Below are positions 11,002 to 21,737 of a stretch of DNA of 64,000 nucleotides, in pieces. This DNA comes from Microthyrium microscopicum (Eukaryota): positions 62,001-126,000 of the forward strand of contig MU004231.1 of NCBI GenBank assembly GCA_010405405.1, read 5' to 3'. The position numbers were made by a program, and so were the translations under genes. Position 1 is the stretch's first letter. Every line of letters starts with the position of its first letter. The notes beneath the pieces were generated by a model, which was given only the letters and a program-made list of their open reading frames with translations, did not search any database and was not told the origin of the DNA.

Positions 11002-12400
11002 GTAAGAATTTATCTACTTCCTCTTGCTATTAAAAAGAATACTAACTTAATATTAGACTAATAAAAATCCTAATTTAGGTAGGTATTAGCTCCTTTAGAG
11101 CTATGTTAGACCTTAATTATTTTCTTAGTTTACTTAAGAGGTAGTTAGGGTCTAATATTAAAAGATAAAGACTTAAAAATACTAAGGGAAGTATATACGA
11201 GTTATATTTAACCTTCTTTTAGTATAGCATACCTTTTAGTAGTATATCGTCTAGGATAGAGAGTAGATTAAAATTATAAGTTAATATAGGTATAACTTTC
11301 TCTAGATCTTACTCTATAGTTAAAGTTACTACTTTATAAAATATTCTAATATAGAAGGATTTAGCTAAAAAGTCCTTAAAATAAATAAAGCTTATACGTT
11401 TCTAGCTACTCTCTTAGTTTACTAAGGGGTAGCTAAGAAATTATAAGCTTTATTTCGTCCTATATATTATTTTAATAATATTTACTCTAAGGATTATAGA
11501 TTTAATTAAGTCCTTAATACTAATAACTAGATATAAATTAATATAATATAATATTAAATTAAAGAATCTTACTTAGAGCCCTTCTATAAGGACCTTTAGC
11601 ACTATATAGATAGCAAAGAGAAGTTAAATATTTTTAGGGTACGTTTAAAAGTAGAAAAGATAAAGATATATATAAATTATAATAGTAATATAATAGGCTT
11701 ATTAGTTAAGTTTAGTGACTTAAATCTTCTAGAAGGTAAGGACGCATTAATATTATTAATGCGCTTTTAAGGTAGACTATAGAGATTATATAGGTAAGTA
11801 AGAAGAATTCTTAAAAGTATAAGTAAGGCTAAGGTAAGCTTTATTTAGATAAATAGTACTAAATAGAGAGAGTACTACTAGCCTATTTATATTTTAAATA
11901 ACGCTAAAAAAATTAATATATTTTTAAGAGCTTTAAAAAAGATAAATAGAGTAAAGATTAAGAAAGAATAAGGAGAGAATAAGCAATTAGTTTAGGAAGT
12001 TAACTTTAATAAAGGCTATTCTCTTCGTAAGTATAATAGCGAGAAGTTATTAAAACGCTATTATAAATTTAATAATAAGGATGTAGATAACTATATTACG
12101 TATAAGGGAAAAAATAGAGTTACTCCTAATTAAAGAGTCTTAGAAAGATATAGTCTAGATATTAAAGGGCTTATTACCTTTATCCTTAAGTACCTAGTAG
12201 CCTAATAATTAACTTTATTAACCCTCCTTAAGTTATTTCCTACTAATTAATATTATATTTATCTTAAACAAGACTATGACTCCTCTATAGACTAGTAGGC
12301 TATAAAAGTCTTTTTAGAATTAGAGTTAAAGCTTAACTACTATTATTATATTTCCTAGTAAGTAGTTAATATTATTAAATAGAAACGTAACTAATTTTTT
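11002..12400 (+). pseudogene. RIP-degraded cargo gene relic (ORF3), unknown product; boundaries approximate
   Basis: Intron-like GTAAGA..TACTAAC..TAG at 11002-11056. The frame from 11561 (KESYLEPFYKDL*HYIDSKEK...) runs about 250 codons with only sparse TAA/TAG stops of the kind RIP creates from CAA/CAG/TGG. Confidence 0.45.
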
Positions 12401-12699
12401 TATAGGATTATATTAATACTTAACTAATAACTCTTTAGCATTTAGATTCTTAGTTTAGTATAGCTTTTAATTAATTTAGTTATTAATTTAGGTTCTATTT
12501 TTAGCGTATTTATAAAAATATTATATATTACTTACTATTCTTAAGCTTATTATTTACTTTTTTTATTATTATATGCTAGTTTTTTATATCCTACTTTATA
12601 ACTTCTTTTTACTAAGTCGTATTAATTACTATACTTACTAATGTTTACTTAGGTTTAACTTATAAGTTAATAAACTACTTAAGGATTTAGAGGGGCTTA

Positions 12700-15035
12700 G
12701 TTTAGTAATATAAAGATAAAGCATTGCGGTTTAATAAGTTAGTTACTTATTATTTAGTAATATATGTATAGCCTTATAAGGATATATTATTAGATTATGT
12801 AGCTTTTATTTAGGATAGAGCGTTAGTTCTTCCTAACTATTTAGTCTTATATAAGTTAAAGCCTACGCAAGTAGCGTAAGGGCTTAATTCTCTTTGCTTA
12901 AAGCCTTAAAGGAATAATAAATAATTAATTTCTTTTAAGGAATTAAAGAAATTAACACTATGTCTAATAATAAAAAGTAGCTAGTTTTTAGTAAGTCTAG
13001 CATAGCCTAGTGCGGTCTACTTCTTAAGGGTAGTATTACTATTTATATAGTATTCCTAGTTAGTATTCCTAGTAGAGGCTAAGGCCTAAGGCTAAAGTGC
13101 TCTAGCGCTTTAAATAATTAGTAAGAAGCTATTTTATATTTATAAACTAATATTGTCCTATTTAACTAGCTAGGCACTAAGCCTATCCTTTTTTAGTAAG
13201 CTTTACTTAGTAGCGTTATTATGCTATAAATTAAAATAAAGATAAGACCTAAGAGTAATATTATTAGTAATATAAAGTAAAACTATCTAAAGGAAGGACT
13301 AAAGAGTACTAGTAAAGAGACGTAAAGATAAATTAGTTTCTACTAATAGCACTATTATGCCTACCTTACCTGCTAGTACTACTACGTCCTTTTTTTTCTT
13401 TCTTACTTAAGCTACTTTATAGACTTTTCTTAGTAGTAAGCTATATAACTTATTAAGCCTTTACTTCTTTCTATTCCTATTCTAGGCTTACTACTAGCCC
13501 TTTTTTATACTTTTAAAGGGTTTAATTAGATAGCTTAGTATTAGAGGCGTTATGTTTATAGAGCGTCTTATTAGTTTATAGCTTTAACTTTTCTATATTA
13601 TTACCTTTCTTTTTCTTTTTAGTAGGAGTTTTCTTTATTAGCTCTAAATATAGTTTATAGTTATTATTATCTTTAGTTCCCTTTAGCGGCTCTTTATCCT
13701 CTAGTAGCTCTCTATTATTACTAGAATTACTAGATTTACTAAAAACTTTATCTTTACTATTACCTTATCTAGTTAAGTTAAGGAAGGCCTTAAAGTTAAT
13801 TATAGCTAGCTTAAACTCTTTCTTAATCTTTTAAAAAGTATTAGAATTAACTATAGTAATAGTACTACTAAGCTTATCCTCCTTTTTAATACTTTAAATT
13901 AAAAGTAGTATAAGTAATATAATATCTAGGTATCTAGGCCTTAGTATTGTTTTGCTAAGCTATTCTTATCCTCTTAAAACTAAAGTTTCTAGGTTGTTAA
14001 GTTACTTATAGTAATTTACTTAGGCCTTATAATTTATTCTTATAATCTAAAAGATGAGGTTAATGTTAAACTATGCTTTACCTATCTTCTTTTCCTTCTT
14101 TAGCTTAAATAGCTTGTTCTTAAAAAAATCTTTTAAGCTCTAAGGTTCGTTATATATTCTGCTAACCTTATTAAACCTTAGTTCTTTCTTTTTAGTTTTA
14201 TCTATACCTCCTTAGGTGTCCTCTACGTCGTTATAAAGAAAAATATAGGACTTTATGCCTTTATCCTTATTATATAACGCCTAAAACTATTTAATAATAT
14301 CTTAGTCTAGATGCTTAAATAAGATCTTTATAATAAAGTATAAGATACTATCTATATTACCCTAATAGATAATACTGCTAGAAAAACCTAGCTCTTATTA
14401 GCTAATAGTCTATATTCTATTAGTAAGTTAGCAAACTTACTTATTTAGGCTACTTTTTAGAATATCTCTTTACTATCTAGTAGCATATTATTATAAAAAA
14501 GCTTCTAAGTATTAAAATTATAAGGCTATTTAGTTTAAGTCTTTTTAGCGTTTTAATATATTAAACTTAGATTATCTTTAATACTTTAAAGCTAACCTAT
14601 CTTTGCGTTCCTAACTAATACTAGGTTTAGGTAAGAAGCTAACTAAGTAATAAAAGCTTTAGACTCTATTTATATTAGCGCATCTCCTTCTCTATCCTAA
14701 TAATCCTCTATTTAAATACGCAAATTAAGTAAGAACATAGGGCTATTACCTATAGACCTAAATTATTTAGTCTTAACTATAGAAACTTATTAGGCAGGTA
14801 ATAGATATAACTTAATATTATAAATAATAGTTTCTTCTTTAATTACTACTAGTTCTAGTAGTAGTCTAACCTAGGGTTAAGGATTCTCTTTTAACTATCT
14901 CTCTATTAGTTAAGGTACTCTCTTTACCTAGTAAATACTAGTTTCTTAGAAGTAAGAAGAATACTCTATACCTATATCCTAATTATAACTTCTTTACTAA
15001 GCTATATCTATATCTTAGTAAGCTAGATATAGTAT
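12700..15035 (-). pseudogene. RIP-degraded second gene of the transposon (ORF2), unknown product; boundaries approximate
   Basis: Clean intron GTAAGT..GCTAAT..TAG at 14440-14388 with compatible phase. A long purine-rich minus frame follows (…YNDVEDT*GGIDKTKKKELRF…) with only TAA/TAG stops. Confidence 0.5.
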
Positions 15036-15314
15036 GCCTTTTAGTTAAGAGTTAAGTACCTAAGTAGGTTTATAAAGAAGGCCTAAAGCTAATATAATAA
15101 ATATAAAATTAGAAATATAAGAGTATAAATATTAAAGAAGTAAATAAGTATTAACCTAATATATATATTAGTAAGAAGTAAGTTCTTATATAATAGAATT
15201 AAGTTTCTTAGATAAAGAGTAGTTAAGAAATATATTATTTATCTACTAGAGAAGCGTTATTTATAGTAAGGTATTATAGCAAGTAAGCTAAGACTTATCA
15301 TTAAAATATAGAGC

Positions 15315-17001
15315 TTACTCTATATAAAAGTAGTCTACCCCTACTATATCTAATGCAGCATAGAACTTAGCTGTCCTTACTTTAATAAATTTCCTAACCT
15401 TATCTCGTTCTATATTAGCTAGTATAACTATAGTAGGCTAACTAGGATTAGCTTTAATTTAATTCTCTCTACTACTTAGTATTACTAGAAGATATATAAT
15501 TAGTAACTATTTACTAAGGATATATTTATTTAGTATACCTCTTAGAGTTAGGTAAATGCCTCTAAATAGATTAGTCTTTCTCTAGTAATCTTAGGCGTTA
15601 CTAAAAGAGTCTATAGAGGAATTAAACCCTATCTACTATAGTTCTTGTTAGTACTATTAAAGGGTTTCTTTAGGTAGATAGGTATCTTTGTCCTAGTTGC
15701 TAGCTTATTACTTTACTACGTAGATAAGTTTAAGATTAATTAGTAAGCTAACCTTCTCTACGTTCTAAGGATGATTATATAGGTACTATAGCTTTCTATT
15801 AATAGCATTAGGGCGCTTCTTCTTAGTATTAGTTAACTTATAATTATTCTAGTTATAAACATATCTAGTAATAATATCTTATAAGATGAGTATAAATATA
15901 GCTAGCATTATAATATAATTAGTAAGTCTATTTTATGAGAATTCGCTATCTCTTTAAAGCTACTTAAAAAACTTCTATAGGGAATTAGTATATCTTTTAG
16001 AGCGTATATTAATATTACTTTAATAAAATAAAACTTACTCTCTATTTATTTAGTATAAATCTACTAAGATTTCCCTACCAACGTTCTATTTATTAGTTAA
16101 TAATACTTATCCTATATAGGAAATAGTTCTTAAAATAAAGGTTAGGTTTATAAGCAAGCAAGAATCTATAATAAGTATTAGCGAGTATAACTATTTTACT
16201 ACCTTAGTCTAATTAAATAAATTATAGCTAAATTAGCCTACCTTCTAAATAATCTAAGTGTTAGTAAAGATAGCTAACACTCGTCCTATTTAATATATTA
16301 ATATTATAATAGTTAAAATATCTTAAGTAGGCGTTAATATAGCTATAAATCTTAAAGCTAAATTGCTTTAGTTTATTATACTTATTAATAGACTAAATAT
16401 AATCTAGACTTTTAACTTTATATTTACCCTATTTTTAATGTACTTATTTCTATTAAGTAGTAGTAGCTTCTAGATCTAATTATCATTAAATAAAATAAAT
16501 ATTTCTTAGAAGTATATTACGTCCCTAGGCTCTAATTCTTATTACTAATATATAATATCTATAATTTATAATACTAAGATAGGATTATTAAAGCTTACGC
16601 TAAATTGTATCGTAATTATCCTTAAAGTATACTTTATAGAACTCTTAATATAATCTATAGTCTTACTAATGAGATATTCTAAGCTTCTAGCAATGTCGTT
16701 ATAAAGTTCTCTAAGAAAGTTTATACCTATAATCTTATAGGGTATATATTATCTCTCTCTTGTTACTATTAAAGACGTAAAATAAAGCCTTTATTACGTC
16801 CTTTAAATTTTTATTAAGCTATATAGTTCTTCTTTAAATCTTCTATTTATTAATTCTTTAATGAATAGTTTAAATAGAAACCTTTATATTATATTTATTA
16901 AGAAGCTATTTACGAACCTTAGTATTAGTATAGCTTTTAGTTAATACTAAGCTCTTAATAGAGGCTTAGTATATAATTAAATTAATATAAGTATTTAGTA
17001 T
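15315..17001 (-). pseudogene. RIP-degraded DDE transposase (N-terminal Clr5/HTH-like region plus IS3-like integrase core)
   Basis: Literal SLDYI*SINKYNKLKQFSFKIYSYINAYLRY (16410-16318), L*FI*LD*GSKIVILAN (about 16230-16180) and NYFLYRISIIN**IERW* (about 16130-16075) revert by C>T/G>A reversal alone to GPDYIWSIDG.DKLKQFGFEIYGCIDAYSRY, P.FIRSDRG.ETV.LAD and DCFLYGTSTANQRIERWW. Intron 16038-15975; relic start ATA (for ATG) at 17001. Confidence 0.85.
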
Positions 17002-17184
17002 AATAAAAATTGCTTAGGAGGTATAACTAATACTAAAGGAGAAGAGAGAAATACTATACTTTATATTAGACTCTATAATAATAGTTAACTTCTATCTATT
17101 AGTATATCGTTAAGAATTAAAAGCCTTTCTTAATTAATTTCTATTACTAATCTATATATATACTAATTATATTACCTTAACTAA

Positions 17185-17465
17185 TAATATATAGCTATAC
17201 CTTTCTTATTAATATAGCTATATCTTTCTTGTTACCTTTATTATTAATATAGCTATATCTTTCTTAGTGCCTTACCTACTAACGTAGCTATACCTCGCCT
17301 ACTAATGTAGCTATACCTTGCCTACTAATATAGCTATACTTTACCTACTAACGTAGCTATACCTTGTCTACTAACGTAGCTATACTTATCTTACCCTTTC
17401 CTACTAATGTAGCTATACCTTACCTACTAATATAGCTATACCTTGCCTACTAATATAGCTACACT
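17185..17465. repeat. About 23-bp subterminal tandem array (CTACTAAYRTAGCTATACCTTGC-like)
   Basis: Eight close copies from about 17276 to 17465 plus degenerate copies from about 17185, lying between the right TIR and the transposase start. Confidence 0.9.
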
Positions 17466-17483
17466 ATTGCTATATTATAGTTA

Positions 17484-17665
17484 TTATTACTAATTACCTT
17501 AATTTAGGTACTAAAAAATACGTAATTTTTAAACATTTCTTTTAGAATTTATCTAAAGCGCTAAAATAGGGAAATAGGTGCAGGAATATTACATTTATAA
17601 AATGTAGAGCTTTGTACTTTTTGGTTTTGCTGAACTGGCCAGGGTGGCCGTTATGAGCCGTCATA
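17484..17665 (-). repeat. Right terminal inverted repeat (182 bp)
   Basis: Reverse complement of 6274-6455; ends ...GTTATGAGCCGTCATA followed by ACAAC. Confidence 0.95.
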
Positions 17666-19179
17666 ACAACAGACCTTCTCTAAGAAGCAGTCGACAAGGG
17701 TCATTCCTTCTCTGACAGGAGAAATGTTACAGATTATCTGCTGTGAGCATCTGAGTATTTCGTTTTTGTAGTACCGGTAATAGGCAAGTAGTAAAGCAGC
17801 GGGTAGTCTAGTGGACGGGAGCAAGCTTGAGCAGCTGGAGGCTCTTTGCGGAGTATCAAGATCCGTATTTTTAGCGCTCACACGCAAGACACGCTGGAAG
17901 ATCCGAACAACGTGGAACTGATCGTTTGGCTCCAAGCGCTTAGTCCTGGAGTCCAGGAGTCCAGCGTTGGCACCGATTCCAGGACCGTATTCTCCGACCA
18001 CACCATGCCTAACGCTGGTACAATTGTATTCGAGGTCTGGAGTCGCGCAGGGTTTCTCGTCAAAGACCCGGTTAATTCGCTAGATTCAGTCAAGATAAGA
18101 TGAGGATGGATGAGCTTGTTCGGGCTTGGCGCATCCCGATATGCATCTTGATGCATCTTGTTGCATTTGTTGGACATTGCAGCAGCGGATCTTGATGTCG
18201 CCGCAAGACTCAAATGACAGGTCCAGACTCCAGATCCCCGTCTCGTGCAGCTGCTTCAACCAAGGATTTGCAGGTCATGATTGAGCCTCCATACCTCTGT
18301 AAGTGTAAATTAACGGGAACCCGCAACTGACTCTGTTTGTTTGTTCTTCCGAAAAGAAAGGACTGTTAAAATCCTCCAGGAATTCAGGAGAGTGCAATTG
18401 TTTTGTTATGCTCATGTCATGCAGATGGATGCGACTTTTCTCATCATCAAAACAAACACCAAGGGCTGGATTGAGACATGACTATGCTGAATGAGATATT
18501 TCAAGGGCATAGTTTGCCGAATTGATGGCCCGGAGCCCTGCCTAAATAGTAAGATGAAGTCGTGCAAGTTGCAACAAGATGTTGATCTTGGTCATGCAAC
18601 AGGTCGACCAAATAATGAGTGACAAGTTCAAACCCATTGTTGATGACTGGCGCCATGGCGTTTTTGTCGAGAGAGCGGAAATGTATTTGATCCTCCGTCT
18701 TGATCGAAGTTCAAACATACCGTACCCCTTTTGATGCATTCCATGAATGAAAACCGCCGAAAGAAAGTGTAGTTGATGGAAGTAGTGGCCATAGCACTTG
18801 ATGGAGGTCATGCAATGAGCCCTGACATCATACAATCTATTTTTACTCGCTGGATGAAAAGTCTTGAACTCATGATGTAGGTTTTGATAGCCAGTCAGAG
18901 GTAGTGAAGAGTTGAAAATTGGACGCAATAAAGAGGATAATAAGAGTTCTTGGAAAAGCTTGTGTGAAGGAGGCTCATCACCAATGGTCAAGTTACCGGT
19001 ACTCAAGTAGGCTTACGCGTAGTCTACGACGTACGGATCGCCCTGCATTGAACTTGCCGACATCTGGATCAGCCCTTTGTTGCTTCCTCGACCACGTTGT
19101 TCCTGCATCTCCAAGTCCAACATATTCATCCTGATACACTTCATGGGCTTCATACTACCATTGTCGTGTTTACCAACCT

Positions 19180-20817
19180 ATGCTTCCCTCCGACGATTGC
19201 CATGACTGCGTTCCCAACTACGCCCGCACTTCGCGCGCATCCGCCTTGCTCACCTACCTCCTCTTCACCACTACTTTTATCCTCACAGCCATCGTAGCCT
19301 TGCGACGACTTCTACCTAAGCTATCTCCAGATGCGCTTAGATCTCCGACCAGGGACCATCACGATGTCACGCTCCCACTACACAAGTACGAGCTCTCAGG
19401 CGCGTCGAGCTCAAGATCCAGAAGTACGCGCTTCTCAATGGGACTCTCAGCCAAGCGCATAGGCTACCTTACATTCGCGACAAACATTGGCCTTTCTGCC
19501 GTTCTAGTTGAGCTCTTACTCTGCGAAATCTCCAATGCGCTTGATCCAGGCGCTCGCGCTTTTGCGCTCGATACAGTTTTGCCGGCGTTGATGTTCCTCG
19601 TCATTTTGGTCGCTCCTGCTCTAGAACTTCAGTCTATACTGGCCGCCTCTGGTTTAACCTTTGGAGCATCTGGAAAGGGACGCATACGGATGGCTTGGTT
19701 TTTTGAGGCAATATTACTGTTCGTTTGGCTATTTGGATTTTGGTACCTAGGTCATGCAGTACTCGAGATTTATCTAAGGGCTGGATCTTACTCTGCTTCC
19801 AGCCAAGGTTTTGTTGAAGGCTGTCTTGAACGACTAGGCGTCATAGGCATCACGTTCATGGCAAGCCTTTCCGGTTTCGCAGCTGTAAGCGCCGTTTGGC
19901 AAACATTCATGGTACGACATCGCGTCATTTCAGATTCGGATATCAACAGACGACAAACCGGGCTCGAGGCTACTGAAGAAATGTTAGAGTCCAAACGCGG
20001 TCGACTTCGTGCTCTGGAGCGAAAAATATCAGATGTATCGTCCCGTGGAGTTTTCACCACCGTCATGAGCACACTGCGAGGGACTGGAGACTCCAAAGAA
20101 AGATCAATCCTAATTCTAGAAATCAATGGACTGGAGAGCATGAGGATGTCATTGCAGGACACTCTTTATCTGCTTAAATCAAGGAAAGAGGAGCAGGACA
20201 GGAGCCACACATCAGCTGGACAACTATTCGTCGTGTTCACTTATTCGTTCGCGGCATACTGTGTCATACGGCTCTTTTCCGTCAGTTTCAGCGTCTTTCG
20301 TCGAATGCTCTTTTCCACAGTTTTCCTCTCCTCCGATAGTTCAGATCCTGTTACTTCCATTCTATCAGTTCTGGTTAAGCATTGGGATCCATCTCTCGAC
20401 CAAGGACTTTGGACACGACAGATATCATTCATGCTTTCTGGTGTCATGTTGATTGCAGCGTTCAACAGCGCTCTACAAACATTTTTGATACTCGGACGCG
20501 CATTTCCCGGACTTGCCATATCAGCCGCAGCATTCAGAGAAGCGACAACACTAGCTTTACTGATCAGCCAGGTCGTATCAACATATGTCATTAGCGCAGC
20601 CCTCATGCTCCGAAGTAATCTTCCCAAAGACTTTGGCAGCGCCATCAGCCATGCATTAGGTGCTCCCCTGGAGTCTGCTCGAGTCGATGCGTGGTTTGAA
20701 GGATGTTTTCTCTTCGCGGCCGCTTTTACAGCGGCAGGTATATGGGCAGGCAACCGATTACGAGACAGTGATGATTTGGACGGACTTGGCGGTGTGGAGA
20801 TGGGCAAAAGGAGTTGA
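19180..20817 (+). CDS. Golgi pH regulator / GPR89 (ABA-GPCR-like) multipass membrane protein
   Basis: 545-aa ORF with many hydrophobic helices and family-like motifs LERLGVIGITFMASLSGFAAVS, YCVIRL, DPVT, RQISFMLSG and YVISAALMLRSNLP. Confidence 0.88.
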   Translation: MLPSDDCHDCVPNYARTSRASALLTYLLFTTTFILTAIVALRRLLPKLSPDALRSPTRDHHDVTLPLHKYELSGASSSRSRSTRFSMGLSAKRIGYLTFATNIGLSAVLVELLLCEISNALDPGARAFALDTVLPALMFLVILVAPALELQSILAASGLTFGASGKGRIRMAWFFEAILLFVWLFGFWYLGHAVLEIYLRAGSYSASSQGFVEGCLERLGVIGITFMASLSGFAAVSAVWQTFMVRHRVISDSDINRRQTGLEATEEMLESKRGRLRALERKISDVSSRGVFTTVMSTLRGTGDSKERSILILEINGLESMRMSLQDTLYLLKSRKEEQDRSHTSAGQLFVVFTYSFAAYCVIRLFSVSFSVFRRMLFSTVFLSSDSSDPVTSILSVLVKHWDPSLDQGLWTRQISFMLSGVMLIAAFNSALQTFLILGRAFPGLAISAAAFREATTLALLISQVVSTYVISAALMLRSNLPKDFGSAISHALGAPLESARVDAWFEGCFLFAAAFTAAGIWAGNRLRDSDDLDGLGGVEMGKRS

Positions 20818-21737
20818 TGATCGGGCACGGTATGGGAAAGTGGCAGAGAGCAAAATAAGATTATTACACTAATTTCGGAAGTGCAGAACGACCATGGTAG
20901 TGTCGGCTTGAGCCTTATTAGATGAATGGCCCAGCACTGTAGCGCCAAAAGCCACCGGGCAGGGAAATTAAAATGTATAATAGAAGATTGTTATGATATT
21001 ACGATTTACTGGTTTCATGATCCTAAGACTCCGTATTGGGTTTTTGAAGAGACTCAATGGGTGATGTGATAGCTGCTTTCCTTCTCCAAATACCGAGCTT
21101 TCTATGTATTCAATTTCTATAAATGGTGGTGTTTTTGTACAGTACATGTAAAAAGGGTTGGTCAACTTGACGCCTTGTTGGAAGAGACCAGGCACGGATG
21201 AAGGGGTATTGATAATTGGAAGATATCAATCGATTTTGAGCTCTACGTACATATTTTATGAGAAATGGTAAACACTTGGCTACACTGAACAAGATATCGA
21301 CAAATGTCAAAAGACACATAAATTCTTTTCCAAAGTAATTCACCTCAAGGAGGCGTAACTGACAGTCTGAATATCTCGAGGCTGCCAAGACTATTCCCAA
21401 ACCTCCAGGGGCAAGGTCCACTCCTCCATCTTCATGCATCCCAGGTCAGACTGAGGTGCCGCAGTAACTATCCTACTACACCTCCACCTCTACAATTCTA
21501 CACAAATTGACCTCTATCCTTCTATACTTTAGCAGCTACCTGTTCCACACCTTACAATTCAATCCGTTTCGTCTGCGCTCTCGACAGTCTCTCTGTTCCG
21601 CATCCCTCTATAACCCTCATCAGCCGCATCCCCTCATCCTCCTCGCGCCGCAACGAAGCCATCGTCCCATGACCTTCAATCCAACATCCACTCCAAGGCG
21701 ACCCAAGCGATGACGGGCCGGGGCAAGTCATTGAAAC

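Larger units (their letters stand above)
6274..17665. mobile_element. 11.4-kb RIP-inactivated TIR DNA transposon, IS3EU-like, with 5-bp TSD ACAAC
   Basis: 182-bp inverted repeats at 6274-6455 and 17484-17665. ACAAC lies directly outside both ends (6269-6273, 17666-17670). Interior is very AT-rich with TpA excess, CpA/TpG depletion and no ORF of 60 aa or more in the track. A transposase relic lies at 17001-15315. Confidence 0.93.

Noticed and set aside
11535..11575. Kinase catalytic loop (LIYNNIKLKNL revertible to HxDIKxENL)
   Set aside because: No DFG-like motif follows in that frame, and such matches arise easily when reversing RIP.
17276..17465. CRISPR-like array
   Set aside because: Units are head-to-tail with no unique spacers, in a eukaryotic context without cas genes.
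6274..17665. LTR retrotransposon or Starship
   Set aside because: The terminal repeats are inverted, not direct; I found no gag/RT or tyrosine-recombinase captain relic, whereas a DDE transposase relic is present.
6274..17665. Mitochondrial insertion or foreign AT-rich DNA
   Set aside because: TpA excess with CpA/TpG loss, TIRs, a TSD and spliceosomal introns fit a RIPed nuclear transposon.
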